DNA of 63,842 bases, the filler included, from Octopus bimaculoides (taxonomy: Eukaryota): assembly GCF_001194135.2 (NCBI RefSeq). It is 7 parts of 6 records of this genome, joined end to end, with 100 filler letters (N's around TTAATTAATTAA, not from the genome) between each part and the next. Parts side by side here need not be neighbours in the genome. Positions count along the whole stretch, not along the records: positions 7,943 to 17,693 come from NC_068999.1; positions 17,794 to 23,307 come from NW_026424884.1; positions 23,408 to 34,628 come from NC_068989.1; 4 more parts are not named here. One strand, 5' to 3'. Shown here piece after piece: positions 14,399 through 23,900 of this stretch. Made by a program: the position numbers and the translations under genes. The notes under the pieces are model-generated. The model saw nothing but the letters and a program-made list of their open reading frames with translations. It did not search any database and was not told the origin of the DNA. Each line of letters begins with the position of its first letter. Position 1 is the first letter of the stretch.

Positions 14399-14987
14399 AA
14401 GTGTATGTATGTATGCATGTGTGCATGTGTACGCGCGTATGTTTGTGCATTTAAGTGTGCACGTGTGTATGTTTGTGTGTATAAGCGTGCGCACGTTCGT
14501 AGACGCATACATAGCTATATTTGGGTTTTGGCGGAATCTTGGTGAACATCTGAAGTAACGTATGGCAAGTAAATCATATTTAAAGGAATTTAATTGTTAA
14601 ATGAGCAGCACTTAGTTGCCGAAAATATATAAAAATATGCAGAGAGAAACAAACAGATGCTCATTTTCACATATGTATATTCACGTATACGGATATAAAA
14701 CACACACACACATATTCATATGTGTGCAATTATTTATATATTTATTTATGCATTTTTTTATGTATATACGTTAATCCATTGTTATAACTTTCAACTCCGT
14801 TACAAGATATTTTATCAGAGAATCTTACAGACGGGTAAGGCAACCTGGTGCTGTTATATACGCCATTTAAAACCTGAACACATGTACAATGTTATTTTGT
14901 CGTTTATTATCGTACGTTTTTTGTCATAACATTTAAAGTTTATGCACATGTGCATGTGAACATATCTGTGTGTACATGTATGTGTAC

Positions 14988-15023
<36 letters not shown>

Positions 15024-16005
15024 NNNNNNNNNNNNNNNNNNNNNNNNNNNNNNNNNNNNNNNNNNNNNNNNNNNNNNNNNNNNNNNNNNNNNNNNNNNNN
15101 NNNNNNNNNNNNNNNNNNNNNNNNNNNNNNNNNNNNNNNNNNNNNNNNNNNNNNNNNNNNNNNNNNNNNNNNNNNNNNNNNNNNNNNNNNNNNNNNNNNN
15201 NNNNNNNNNNNNNNNNNNNNNNNNNNNNNNNNNNNNNNNNNNNNNNNNNNNNNNNNNNNNNNNNNNNNNNNNNNNNNNNNNNNNNNNNNNNNNNNNNNNN
15301 NNNNNNNNNNNNNNNNNNNNNNNNNNNNNNNNNNNNNNNNNNNNNNNNNNNNNNNNNNNNNNNNNNNNNNNNNNNNNNNNNNNNNNNNNNNNNNNNNNNN
15401 NNNNNNNNNNNNNNNNNNNNNNNNNNNNNNNNNNNNNNNNNNNNNNNNNNNNNNNNNNNNNNNNNNNNNNNNNNNNNNNNNNNNNNNNNNNNNNNNNNNN
15501 NNNNNNNNNNNNNNNNNNNNNNNNNNNNNNNNNNNNNNNNNNNNNNNNNNNNNNNNNNNNNNNNNNNNNNNNNNNNNNNNNNNNNNNNNNNNNNNNNNNN
15601 NNNNNNNNNNNNNNNNNNNNNNNNNNNNNNNNNNNNNNNNNNNNNNNNNNNNNNNNNNNNNNNNNNNNNNNNNNNNNNNNNNNNNNNNNNNNNNNNNNNN
15701 NNNNNNNNNNNNNNNNNNNNNNNNNNNNNNNNNNNNNNNNNNNNNNNNNNNNNNNNNNNNNNNNNNNNNNNNNNNNNNNNNNNNNNNNNNNNNNNNNNNN
15801 NNNNNNNNNNNNNNNNNNNNNNNNNNNNNNNNNNNNNNNNNNNNNNNNNNNNNNNNNNNNNNNNNNNNNNNNNNNNNNNNNNNNNNNNNNNNNNNNNNNN
15901 NNNNNNNNNNNNNNNNNNNNNNNNNNNNNNNNNNNNNNNNNNNNNNNNNNNNAAGTGATTTTAAATTCTCAAACGCAGGATAATGTTAATAATATTGCCT
16001 GAACA

Positions 16006-16084
16006 GGATAAGCTACCCCTATTTTGCAGAAAAAAGTGTAGTTGGTTCTACACTTTTTTCTGCAAAATAGGGTTTAGTTTATCC
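16006..16084. other. 79-nt hairpin with a perfect 25-bp stem
   Basis: CCCTATTTTGCAGAAAAAAGTGTAG (16017-16041), loop TTGGTT, exact reverse complement (16048-16072); outer stem GGATAAGCTA/TAGTTTATCC. Confidence 0.95.
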
Positions 16085-16170
16085 ATTTTGCCGAACCGGT
16101 AAGTTACTGGGATATAAACACACCAGCATCGGTTTCAGGCGATATTGGGTGGACAAACACAGATACACAA

Positions 16171-16215
<45 letters not shown>

Positions 16216-16375
16216 CAACGTGCTTCTTTCAGTTTCTGTCTACCAAATCCACTCACAAGGCTTTGGTCAGCCCAAGGCTATAGTAGAAGACACCCGACCA
16301 AGGTGCCACGCAGTGGGACTGAACCTGCAACCATGAGGTCGGTGAGCAAGCTACTTACCACACAGCTACTCCTTT
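16085..16375 (-). mobile_element. Family A SINE (partial tail plus head)
   Basis: CCAAATCCACTCACAAGGCTTTGGTC..AAGGTGCCACGCAGTGGGACTGAACC. Confidence 0.8.
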
Positions 16376-16435
16376 ATATTATTCGGTGATGGGAAGTAAG
16401 CTTGCTTTATTGTATGTCTGTTTTATAGATCTTAC

Positions 16436-16649
16436 GATGCGGGCTGGATACAAGAAAGTGCTTATCCGGAACACAGAAATCAGCTGCGAACTTGCAATAT
16501 AATATGTAATCTGAACGGAGGATTAAACCAGTCCACACACCTCTGACATAATCGCTTATACCTCTTATTATTCCCCCTGCTAGTTTGAGTAGGATTAGTA
16601 GCCAGATGATTACCGTCGACTTTGGCAGCATCATTCCTACCCTTCGCAT
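16436..16649 (-). CDS. Candidate first coding exon with signal-peptide-like N-terminus
   Basis: MRRVGMMLPKSTVIIWLLILLKLAGG|IIRG..PH followed by C|GTAAGA. Non-repetitive sequence; no homolog recognised. Confidence 0.25.
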
Positions 16650-16904
16650 TATCGTATTTCATTTAGAGGATTATGATACACTAGCTTATAACCATTTATG
16701 TTAGTGTCTTTACAATCGCTTTTATTAGAGCAATTAATATTTTATTATTATCTTTATTACTATTATTTTTACTGTCTATAAGGTAACGATTATGGTTGTT
16801 AATGTTGGTAGTCGTAAGATAATCTTTGTTATTTGTATTTCAATTATATTTAACAGAATTACTAACCTTAACACTTTCATTATCAACTGTATTAACTGCA
16901 TTAT

Positions 16905-17215
16905 TGTGAAGGCGTGTGTAAAAGTGGTTACGGCATTCGGCTCACAAACATAAGGACGAAGGTTCGATTCCCGGCGGCGCGTTGTATTCTGGTGAGACAC
17001 ATTTTACTTCGCATTGCTACAATCAACACAGCTTGCAAAACTGAGATGAACCTGTAATTGAAAGGGACTAACGGTATCACTGTTTGTCCCACGCTGAATC
17101 TCCCTTGGAGTTACGTTAAGGATGCACTTGCCTGTAAAGGGCTCAACCAGTTATTTGCACGTTAATTTAACGAGTAAGCTGATGTATTGATCGGATCAAC
17201 TGGAACATTTGTCGT
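16905..17215 (+). mobile_element. Degraded family C-related SINE
   Basis: B box GGTTCGATTCCC and partial matches to the family C 3' half (CACGCTGAAT..TACGTTAAGG..GCACGTTAATTT..GGATCAACTGGAAC). Confidence 0.55.
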
Positions 17216-17644
17216 ATATATATATATATATATCGTCTTGGCCTAACACCCCTTATTTTTTGTTTTTAGTGTCTCACTGTCCTGTTCGTGTTAGCACTTT
17301 CACCATCCGCAAAAAATTCAAAATTTTATTTAATTTGCTTTGAGGGAAGGACTGTTAAAACGATGTTGCGTATTGTCCTTGCCTTCGAACGGGGAGTAGA
17401 TGGAACAGGGACAACTGATGAAGGGAAAATATTCCTTATGTTGCATGTCTCGTCCCTCTGATTTTTTTTGTTTTTTTTTTCATTGTTCAAAATAAGTTCA
17501 TTTTCAGTTTTCTTTTCTCATTGTGTTTAACGTTTTTTTGTGAAGTCTTGTACACATATATGCACGTATGTGTACATATAGATGTAGGTATGTACGTATA
17601 TGTATGAATATATATGCATATATTTATATCTTATTTATATTATA

Positions 17645-17693
<49 letters not shown>

Positions 17694-18594
17694 NNNNNNN
17701 NNNNNNNNNNNNNNNNNNNNNNNNNNNNNNNNNNNNNTTAATTAATTAANNNNNNNNNNNNNNNNNNNNNNNNNNNNNNNNNNNNNNNNNNNNAACTGTT
17801 TAAATATCAAACAATTTGGTGACAAGATATTTTTCTCTCACCATATCTTTATCCTACATCAACATATTAATATGGAGTGCACTAAATATATTTTCTCTCT
17901 ATCTCCGATATTATTTATCTGAGAATTATTCCACACTATCTGGAATTATTATAAACTTTATTACAAACCAATGATGATGTCTCTAAGTAGCTGCGTGAAC
18001 TAAACATATTAAATAATGAATGCATATGAGAGAGCCACGGCTAGAAAGTCTTCAGCAACTGATTTATTAGAGAGGATAAAAGTAATTTTAATGTTGTAAT
18101 ATTTCGAATTTTATAAGTTATAGTATGACGTTATATGACTTAAACATATTAAATTTGAAAAGACTATATATTTAATATATTTTTTATGGATTACATATAA
18201 ATACAGTATTTGAAACAATACCCCAGGTTATAATTTGTGAAATAAAGAAATATTTCTGTAGAATTATCGTTTTAAACACTTTAGTAGTTTATATTAAAAC
18301 TCTAAAGAACTTTATAGAAAAATCTTAAAATTCGAAAAAGGAAAAAAATTACTTTTAATTTTAAATGAAATACAATAAATGTTTATCCCTAAACAAAGTG
18401 AAACATAAATACTATAAATAAAATTAAAGAATTAAGAAACGCTATTGGTTTTATAAAAATGATGTTTACAGTTTGATAAAATATAAAAAAATTTTTTTTT
18501 TGTTNNNNNNNNNNAGCTCGTATATATTTATAAATATAATTATAATTATAATTAATTATATCTATCTATATATATATATATACATATATACGAC

Positions 18595-18738
18595 AGTATT
18601 CTTTCAGTTTCTGTCTACCAAATCCACTCACAAGGCTTTGGTCGGCCCGAGGCTATAGTAGAAGACACTTGCCCAAGGTGCCATGCAGTGGGACTGAACC
18701 CAGAACCATGTGGTTGCACACAGCCACTCCTGCGCCTA
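18595..18738 (-). mobile_element. Family A SINE head
   Basis: Same head consensus in reverse orientation. Confidence 0.8.
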
Positions 18739-18739
18739 T

Positions 18740-18845
18740 ATGCTCATATATATTTAAATGATAAACTTCTGGAAAGATTTTTACAGTTCCAGTGATGGAT
18801 TGGATCTGTACACTTCGAATTCGCTTTCTCCTTTATGGTTCAAGT
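18740..18845. repeat. Unclassified interspersed repeat; other copies at about 43575-43700 and 44055-44135
   Basis: Shared ATGCTCATATATATTTAAATGA.AAAC.TCTGGAA..TTTTAC.GTTCCAGTGATGGA..GAATCTGTA block. Confidence 0.6.
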
Positions 18846-18939
18846 CTTATTGGACCCATTATTTTGCACAGGCGTTGCTGACTAATTTTCATCGACAGTG
18901 CTGCTATCTTTACACACTTTTATTCCATTCTAAAGTAGT

Positions 18940-19500
18940 GCGATGATGGGAAGGTGGCGAAATATGCTGATCTGACTGGTTGGCAGCCTGTAGTTAGTGA
19001 TATACACGTAGATCTCCTTATCGTTCGAGACAGCGATGAGTTTTGGTTGCTGCATGGGTGTCTAAGCAGCTGAAATCGGGGGAGACTAGAGAGATTCTAG
19101 ACAAGGTGAAGTCAAATTGCCTGTGCTTATCTATCTGATCAGTTTAGTGCGATTGACAGATGTCTGTCTTGTGCTCAGAAAACAGAAAATATAAAATCAA
19201 ATGGATTATGAAATTTTTATGCCAGAATGCTAGACGACAAAAGTGAATTTAGAACTGAAAGACGTTCTATACTTGTTTCTCGCAAACTAAACCAATATAC
19301 CTGAGACATAGCTGTTCTCTCAGAGATTCATTTGGAAGGTGATGAATAGTTTGAAGTGGTTACATGATTGTTTTCTTGGAAGAGGGAACCGAAGAAGGTG
19401 TGCAGGGAGCCTGCTGTTAGATTTGCAGTTGGATATGAATTCCACAAGAAGACAGATGAACTTATTATCCACATAAATCACCGATTGGTGACTATGGCTC
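18940..19500 (+). mobile_element. Decayed 5' fragment of an RTE-clade LINE (AP endonuclease N-terminus)
   Basis: MLDDKSEFRTERRSILVSRKLNQYT*DIAVLSEIHL..FSWKREP..REPAVRFAV..INHRLVTM resembles RTE APE motifs (RRTALVARELARYNIDIAALSETRL..INDRLMTLR). Stops and frameshifts present. Confidence 0.75.
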
Positions 19501-19529
19501 AGCATTTATTCAATGATGGCCGAGCTGCT

Positions 19530-19902
19530 ACCCGGGGACTTATTCTTTGTAAGCCTAATACTTATTCTATCAGTCTATTTTGCTGAACCGCTAAGTTACG
19601 GGGACGTAAACACACCAGCATCGGTTGTCAAGTGATGTTAGAGGGACAAACACAAACACATAAACATATACACACAGACACACACATATATACATATATA
19701 CATATACACACACACACACACATACATATACATATATACGACGGGCTTCATTCAGTTTCCGTCTACCAAATCTACTCACAAGGCTTTGGTCGGCCCGAGG
19801 TTATAGTAGAAGACACTTGCCCAAGATGCCATGCAATGGGACTGAACCCGGAACCATGTGGTCGGTAAGCAAACTACTTACCACACATCCACTCCTGTGC
19901 CT
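19530..19902 (-). mobile_element. Family A SINE
   Basis: Tail, central microsatellite and head all present in reverse orientation. Confidence 0.8.
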
Positions 19903-19949
19903 ATGTGTATACTTTTCTTCTTTTTTTTTATTATCCCATTACATGTAAA

Positions 19950-20200
19950 CCCCCAGGTGTGCCTGTACCATCTTTTTTTCTGTTGTCATTCCATAGTGTT
20001 GGCATAGCTCCCAGTGTATATAGGTCCCAACTTTGTTATGTCTGTGGATATATTCCTTCTTAGCCAGGACTGGGAGGCCAGAGGCAATACGATATATTGT
20101 TTCTTCCCCGTTACCACATATTCTGCAGTTACTTGTATTTTATTTTCATTATGTATTTTTGGTGATTTCTGCTGAGGAGGTTTTGATCTTGTACTGTAAT
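19950..20200 (-). mobile_element. R4/Dong-like (RLE-type) non-LTR retrotransposon fragment, zinc-knuckle region
   Basis: ITVQDQNLLSRNHQKYI / CRICGNGEETIYRIASGLPVLAKKEYIHRHNKVGTYIHWELCQHYG matches the QDQ..TRNY / CR.C....ETI.HI.SGC..LA..EY..RHN.V...IHW.LC pattern. One frameshift. Confidence 0.8.
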
Positions 20201-20290
20201 TCTTCTTCTTCTTCTTCTTCTTCTTCTTCTCCTTCTCCTTCTCCTTCTTCTTCTTCTTCTTCTTATAATAATAATAATAATAATAATAAT
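20200..20290. repeat. (TTC/TCC)n followed by (AAT)n microsatellite
   Basis: Seen directly; abuts the acceptor of the exon at 20295. Confidence 0.95.
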
Positions 20291-20294
20291 ACAG

Positions 20295-20390
20295 CTACAA
20301 CAACATGTGGATGGTACTTAACTACAACAAATTTTAACCAAACAAAGCACTTCCAAACGCTGACCTGTTATTGGTGCTGGAGCAATTGCC
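20295..20390 (+). CDS. PLBD2: Internal exon of a phospholipase B-like 2 gene (96 nt, phase 2-2) containing an in-frame TAA at 20335-20337
   Basis: tacag|C...TTG CC|gtaagt. Translates (T)YNNMWMVLNYNKF*PNKALPNADLLLVLEQLP, aligning by eye to PLBD2 YNNQWMIVDYKAFIPGGPSPGSRVLTILEQIP (from memory). Frame-compatible with the next exon. Confidence 0.85.
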
Positions 20391-20994
20391 GTAAGTGTTA
20401 CAACTAATGGTCATAGTTTACCAATTGAAATGTATAGAAGGTGAAATGTAGGTACTCAACCACAATGTATATGGGGGAGACTGCCTAGAGTATAGCAGAA
20501 AGAATGGAAATACATTGGGACGAATTCTATGATAAGAAACATCAGTACACTGTCATTATACTAAGGATAAACATGACAGTTCGTTTTGAAACATCTATGA
20601 TGCATCCTTATAGTAGGTATGGGAGATTACATTAATAAATGAATTGAAACCATTACTTAATTAAAAAAAAATACTGTTAAAATGTAGCAACTACAGCCAT
20701 CACCTTAATGCATTAAACACAAATTTATGTGTATTGTGCATGTGTGCAACTAAATACTTTCTGTGTGTGGTCGAAATGGAGTTAATCAGTGGAGGATGGT
20801 GTGCACAATATGGAGTTTTACTGCATATTTGGCTTTGAGAAAAAATATGCTTTTTCACTAATGTTCACAACCTTACAAGAACTATATCAGTTAAGCAAAT
20901 GCATGAAAACATAACTTAATCTGGACGCTATTTCAGAAAATTATCAACGTTCTCTTTGAGCATATAAAAGACAAATGTAGCTGGGATAAATTAT

Positions 20995-21341
20995 TCTTTA
21001 TTCATTATTCTTTATTCATTATTCTTTATTTATCATTCTTTATTCATTATTCTTTATTTATCATTCTTTATTCATTATTCTTTATTCATTATTCTTTATT
21101 CTTTATTCATTATTCTTTATTTATCATTCTTTATTCATTATTCTTTATTCATTATTCTTTATTTATCGTTCTTTATTCATCATTCTTTATTCATTATTCA
21201 TCATTCTTTATTCATCATTCTTTATTCTTTATTCATCATTCTTTATTCATCATTCCTTATTCATTATTCATTATTCCTTATTCTTTAGTCATTATTCTTT
21301 ATTCATTATTCTTTATTCTTTATTTATTATTCTTTATTCAT
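20995..21341. repeat. T-rich minisatellite based on TTCATTATTCTTTAT (15-mer with variants)
   Basis: About 350 bp of direct repeats ending a few nt before the AG of the exon at 21348. Confidence 0.9.
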
Positions 21342-21347
21342 TCACAG

Positions 21348-21419
21348 GGGTTACATCATGTTCCAAGATATGACCAGGAAGTTGAAGAATGACACCTACT
21401 GGGGAAGCTACAATGTACC
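21348..21419 (+). CDS. PLBD2: Internal exon of a phospholipase B-like 2 gene (72 nt, phase 2-2)
   Basis: ttcacag|G...GTA CC|gtgagt. Translates (P)GYIMFQDMTRKLKNDTYWGSYNVP, matching PLBD2 GMVVVADKTSELYQKTYWASYNIP. The YW.SYN.P motif is diagnostic of the phospholipase B-like (Ntn hydrolase) family. Confidence 0.88.
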
Positions 21420-21810
21420 GTGAGTAAAAGCCCCCTCTATTTGTAGGGCTTCTTCTTTTACTCTTTTGTTTGTTTCAGCCACTGGACTGTGGCCATTCTG
21501 GGGCATTGTCTCGAAAGGGTTTTTAGTTGAAAAAGTAGCAGCCCAGTATTTTTTATTTTTCAAGTCTGGTACTTATTCTATTAATCTCATTTGCCAAGCT
21601 GCTAAGTTGATCACATTGACCTCAGTGCGAAACTGGTACTTATTATTTAATCAACCCTGAAAGGATGAAAGGCAAACTCAACCTCGGCGGGAATTTGAAC
21701 TCAGAATGTAGAGACGGATAGAAACCTGCAAAGTATTTTGCCCAGCGTGCTAACGGTTCTGCCAGCCTGCCACCTTCAATAATAACAACAACAACAACAA
21801 CAACAACAAC

Positions 21811-21847
<37 letters not shown>

Positions 21848-21864
21848 GTGATGATGATGATAAA

Positions 21865-22330
21865 TGCCCTGATGTAGTATCAGGCAGTGGCTCTCATGGC
21901 TTCTCATCTTAACTGATCGGAAGTGCTATCATATACATTGTTTTGTTTTGGTATAAAAAGATGGGTTACAGCAAATATTCTGCTTAATACCACAGATTTG
22001 CTTGTCAGTTGTTTGACTGTAACCAGTTGAGCATGTCCCTTGGTGGCTGACGATATGTGCATCTCTGATCACGAGCAGAAGTAGTGGGGGAGCATCATAG
22101 CCGTGTGTTGAGAGGAATTCTTTGGAAACCTCAATGTTTTGTTGAACATCCTTAAGCAACTCTTATTCAGGGACCTTTTGAGCAGGATGGGCTACACAAC
22201 CCGAAGAAAATTCTAACCGGGCCCCACCTGCAAGGTCATGCACTTTTCATCTTGATATGAGATCACCATGTCACGCACATATGGTTGTGATGCATGTATC
22301 TGGTGTTCCCTTATCAGACAAATAGTGACT
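21865..22330. mobile_element. Unclassified ~460-bp interspersed repeat
   Basis: Higher-GC block starting after an (AAC/AAT/GAT)n run. Recalled as a common octopus repeat, but only one copy is present here. Confidence 0.35.
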
Positions 22331-22616
22331 CTTGTGAATTTTCCAAAAATTGTCCCCGTACCATCACAAAAAATATTTTCAACTCAAATTCTGATACAAT
22401 CAGAAAGTACACTTGAAAGTACATCTGAAGCATATTTGCAGGAAATTTGATTCAAAATTATCCATTTTTCTGGAAGTTATCAGGAAACAAAGTTGAGTGG
22501 GGTGCATATGTGGAGGTTTGCCAAATGAATAGTGAGGTAGATTTGTTGAACTAAAAACCCTTTGAGGTAGGGTCCCAGAATAGCTGCCATCCAATGAATG
22601 GATACAAATAAAGGGT

Positions 22617-23014
22617 GCATACATGTGTTTGTGTTCTGTGTCTGTGACTATGTGTGTTTCTGTGTGTGTGCGTGTGTCCGTGTGCATGCATCTGTGTGTA
22701 TGTAACTGTGTGTACATCTGCATGTGTGTGTGTGTGTGTTCTGTGTCTGTGACTATGTGTGTTTCTGTGTGTGTGTGTGTGTCCGTGTGCATGCATCTGT
22801 GTGTATGTGACTGTGTGTACATCTGCATGTGTGTGTGTGTTCTGTGTCTGTGACTGTGTGTTTCTGTGTGTGTGTGAGTATCCGTGTGCATGCATCTGTG
22901 TATATGTGACTGTGTGTACGTCTGCATGTGTGTCTGTGTTCTGTGTCTGTGACTATGTGTGTTTCTCTGTGTGTGTGTGTGTGTGTCCGTGTGCATGCAT
23001 CTGTGTGCATGCAT
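22617..23014. repeat. ~100-bp TG-rich minisatellite, about 4 units
   Basis: Recurring GTGTTCTGTGTCTGTGACT.TGTGTGTTTCTGTG..TCCGTGTGCATGCATCTGTGT..GACTGTGTGTAC.TCTGCATG. Confidence 0.9.
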
Positions 23015-23307
23015 CTGGACTGGCTCATGTGCGGGCAACAGATGAATTCTTTCGAGCGGGATCGTGCCAGAGTCCCTGGACTGGCTCATGTACGGGCGAC
23101 ACATGATATCTTTCAAGCGAGGTCGTTTCCGGTGCCCCTGGACTGGCTCATGTGCGGGCGCCACATGAAATCTGTCGAGCGGGATCGTTGCCAGTGCCCC
23201 TGGACTGGCTCTTGTGCGGGTGACACATGAGGCTTTTCGAGCGAGATCGTTGCCGGTGCCCCTGGACTGGCTCATGTGCGGGCGCCACATGAAATCTGTC
23301 GAGCGGG
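23015..23307. repeat. GC-rich 62-bp minisatellite, 4.7 visible units, truncated by a scaffold join
   Basis: Units start with CTGGACTGGCTC at 23015, 23076, 23138, 23200 and 23262. Confidence 0.95.
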
Positions 23308-23407
23308 NNNNNNNNNNNNNNNNNNNNNNNNNNNNNNNNNNNNNNNNNNNNTTAATTAATTAANNNNNNNNNNNNNNNNNNNNNNNNNNNNNNNNNNNNN
23401 NNNNNNN

Positions 23408-23900
23408 GGGGGAAGTATATCAGGGAGGGAGAAGGGTGGTGGTGGGGTTGGGGTAGTGGCATCGGGTGTGGAGGAATGGAGGAGTGAGTGAAGTTTGCGA
23501 AGCTTAGTGTCGGTAAGAAATGCATGAAAGAGATGATTAAGTTGAATGATAAAGCGCAATGTGTTGTGAGCATGGGAGGGTGACAGAGAGGAGAAAAATA
23601 TGGAAAAGGCTGGAGGAAGAAGGCGGTCGATAGTGTGGATTTTGGAGAGATTGCAGCGAATGGTGGCCCGCATAAGGCGATATATAAGAAACAAGTTTAA
23701 AATAATGGTTATTACATATAATTCCTTTATTAGAGTAAATTTGGCTTACAGCTGTTTCCAGAACTCATTATAGGTACATTATTAATAGTTTTACTCAGTT
23801 GGACAATTGATCAATTGATCTAAATTGAACGGCCTAAGAAAATTAATGTTACTTTCGTCAGAGCCATTTCTAAAAGTAACAAGCAGAGGACTTGAGATTT
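23408..23900 (-). mobile_element. 5' part of a Penelope-like element (HHR-bearing leader plus start of ORF), truncated at scaffold join
   Basis: ORF ..LMRATIRCNLSKIHTIDRLLP..FIIQLNHLFHAFLTDTKLRKLHSLL.. resembles PLE N-terminal regions (from memory) and starts about 50 nt downstream of an HHR. PLE pseudo-LTRs are known to carry HHRs. Confidence 0.6.
23742..23866 (-). ncRNA. Type I hammerhead ribozyme motif, helix II partly degenerate
   Basis: Minus strand reads UGGCU-CUGACGA-AAGUAAC-(~80 nt)-GUUCUG-GAAAC-AGCU-GUA-AGCCA: intact core, 5-bp helix I, same AGCU helix-III loop as the 54.2-kb motif, imperfect helix II. Confidence 0.68.

Noticed and set aside
14830-14874. 45-nt open minus-strand segment VLNGVYNSTRLPYPS between AG and GTAAGA
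   Set aside because: No polypyrimidine tract and no homology; likely chance.
17971-18062. Box C (ATGATGA) and box D (CTGA) at snoRNA-like spacing
   Set aside because: No convincing terminal stem, C'/D' boxes or recognisable rRNA antisense element.
18940-19190. Possible HDV-like ribozyme in the RTE 5' UTR
   Set aside because: I could not build the P1/P1.1/P2/P3 nested pseudoknot by eye. An RNArobo/Infernal search would be needed.
19296-19332. GAATCTCTGAGAGAACAGCT on the minus strand, resembling the 54-kb HHR
   Set aside because: It is the RTE endonuclease coding sequence DIAVLSEIH on the plus strand; the similarity is coincidental.
23015-23307. CRISPR-like look (constant block plus variable block, internal hairpin)
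   Set aside because: The variable parts are homologous to each other, there are no cas genes and the context is eukaryotic; this is a minisatellite.
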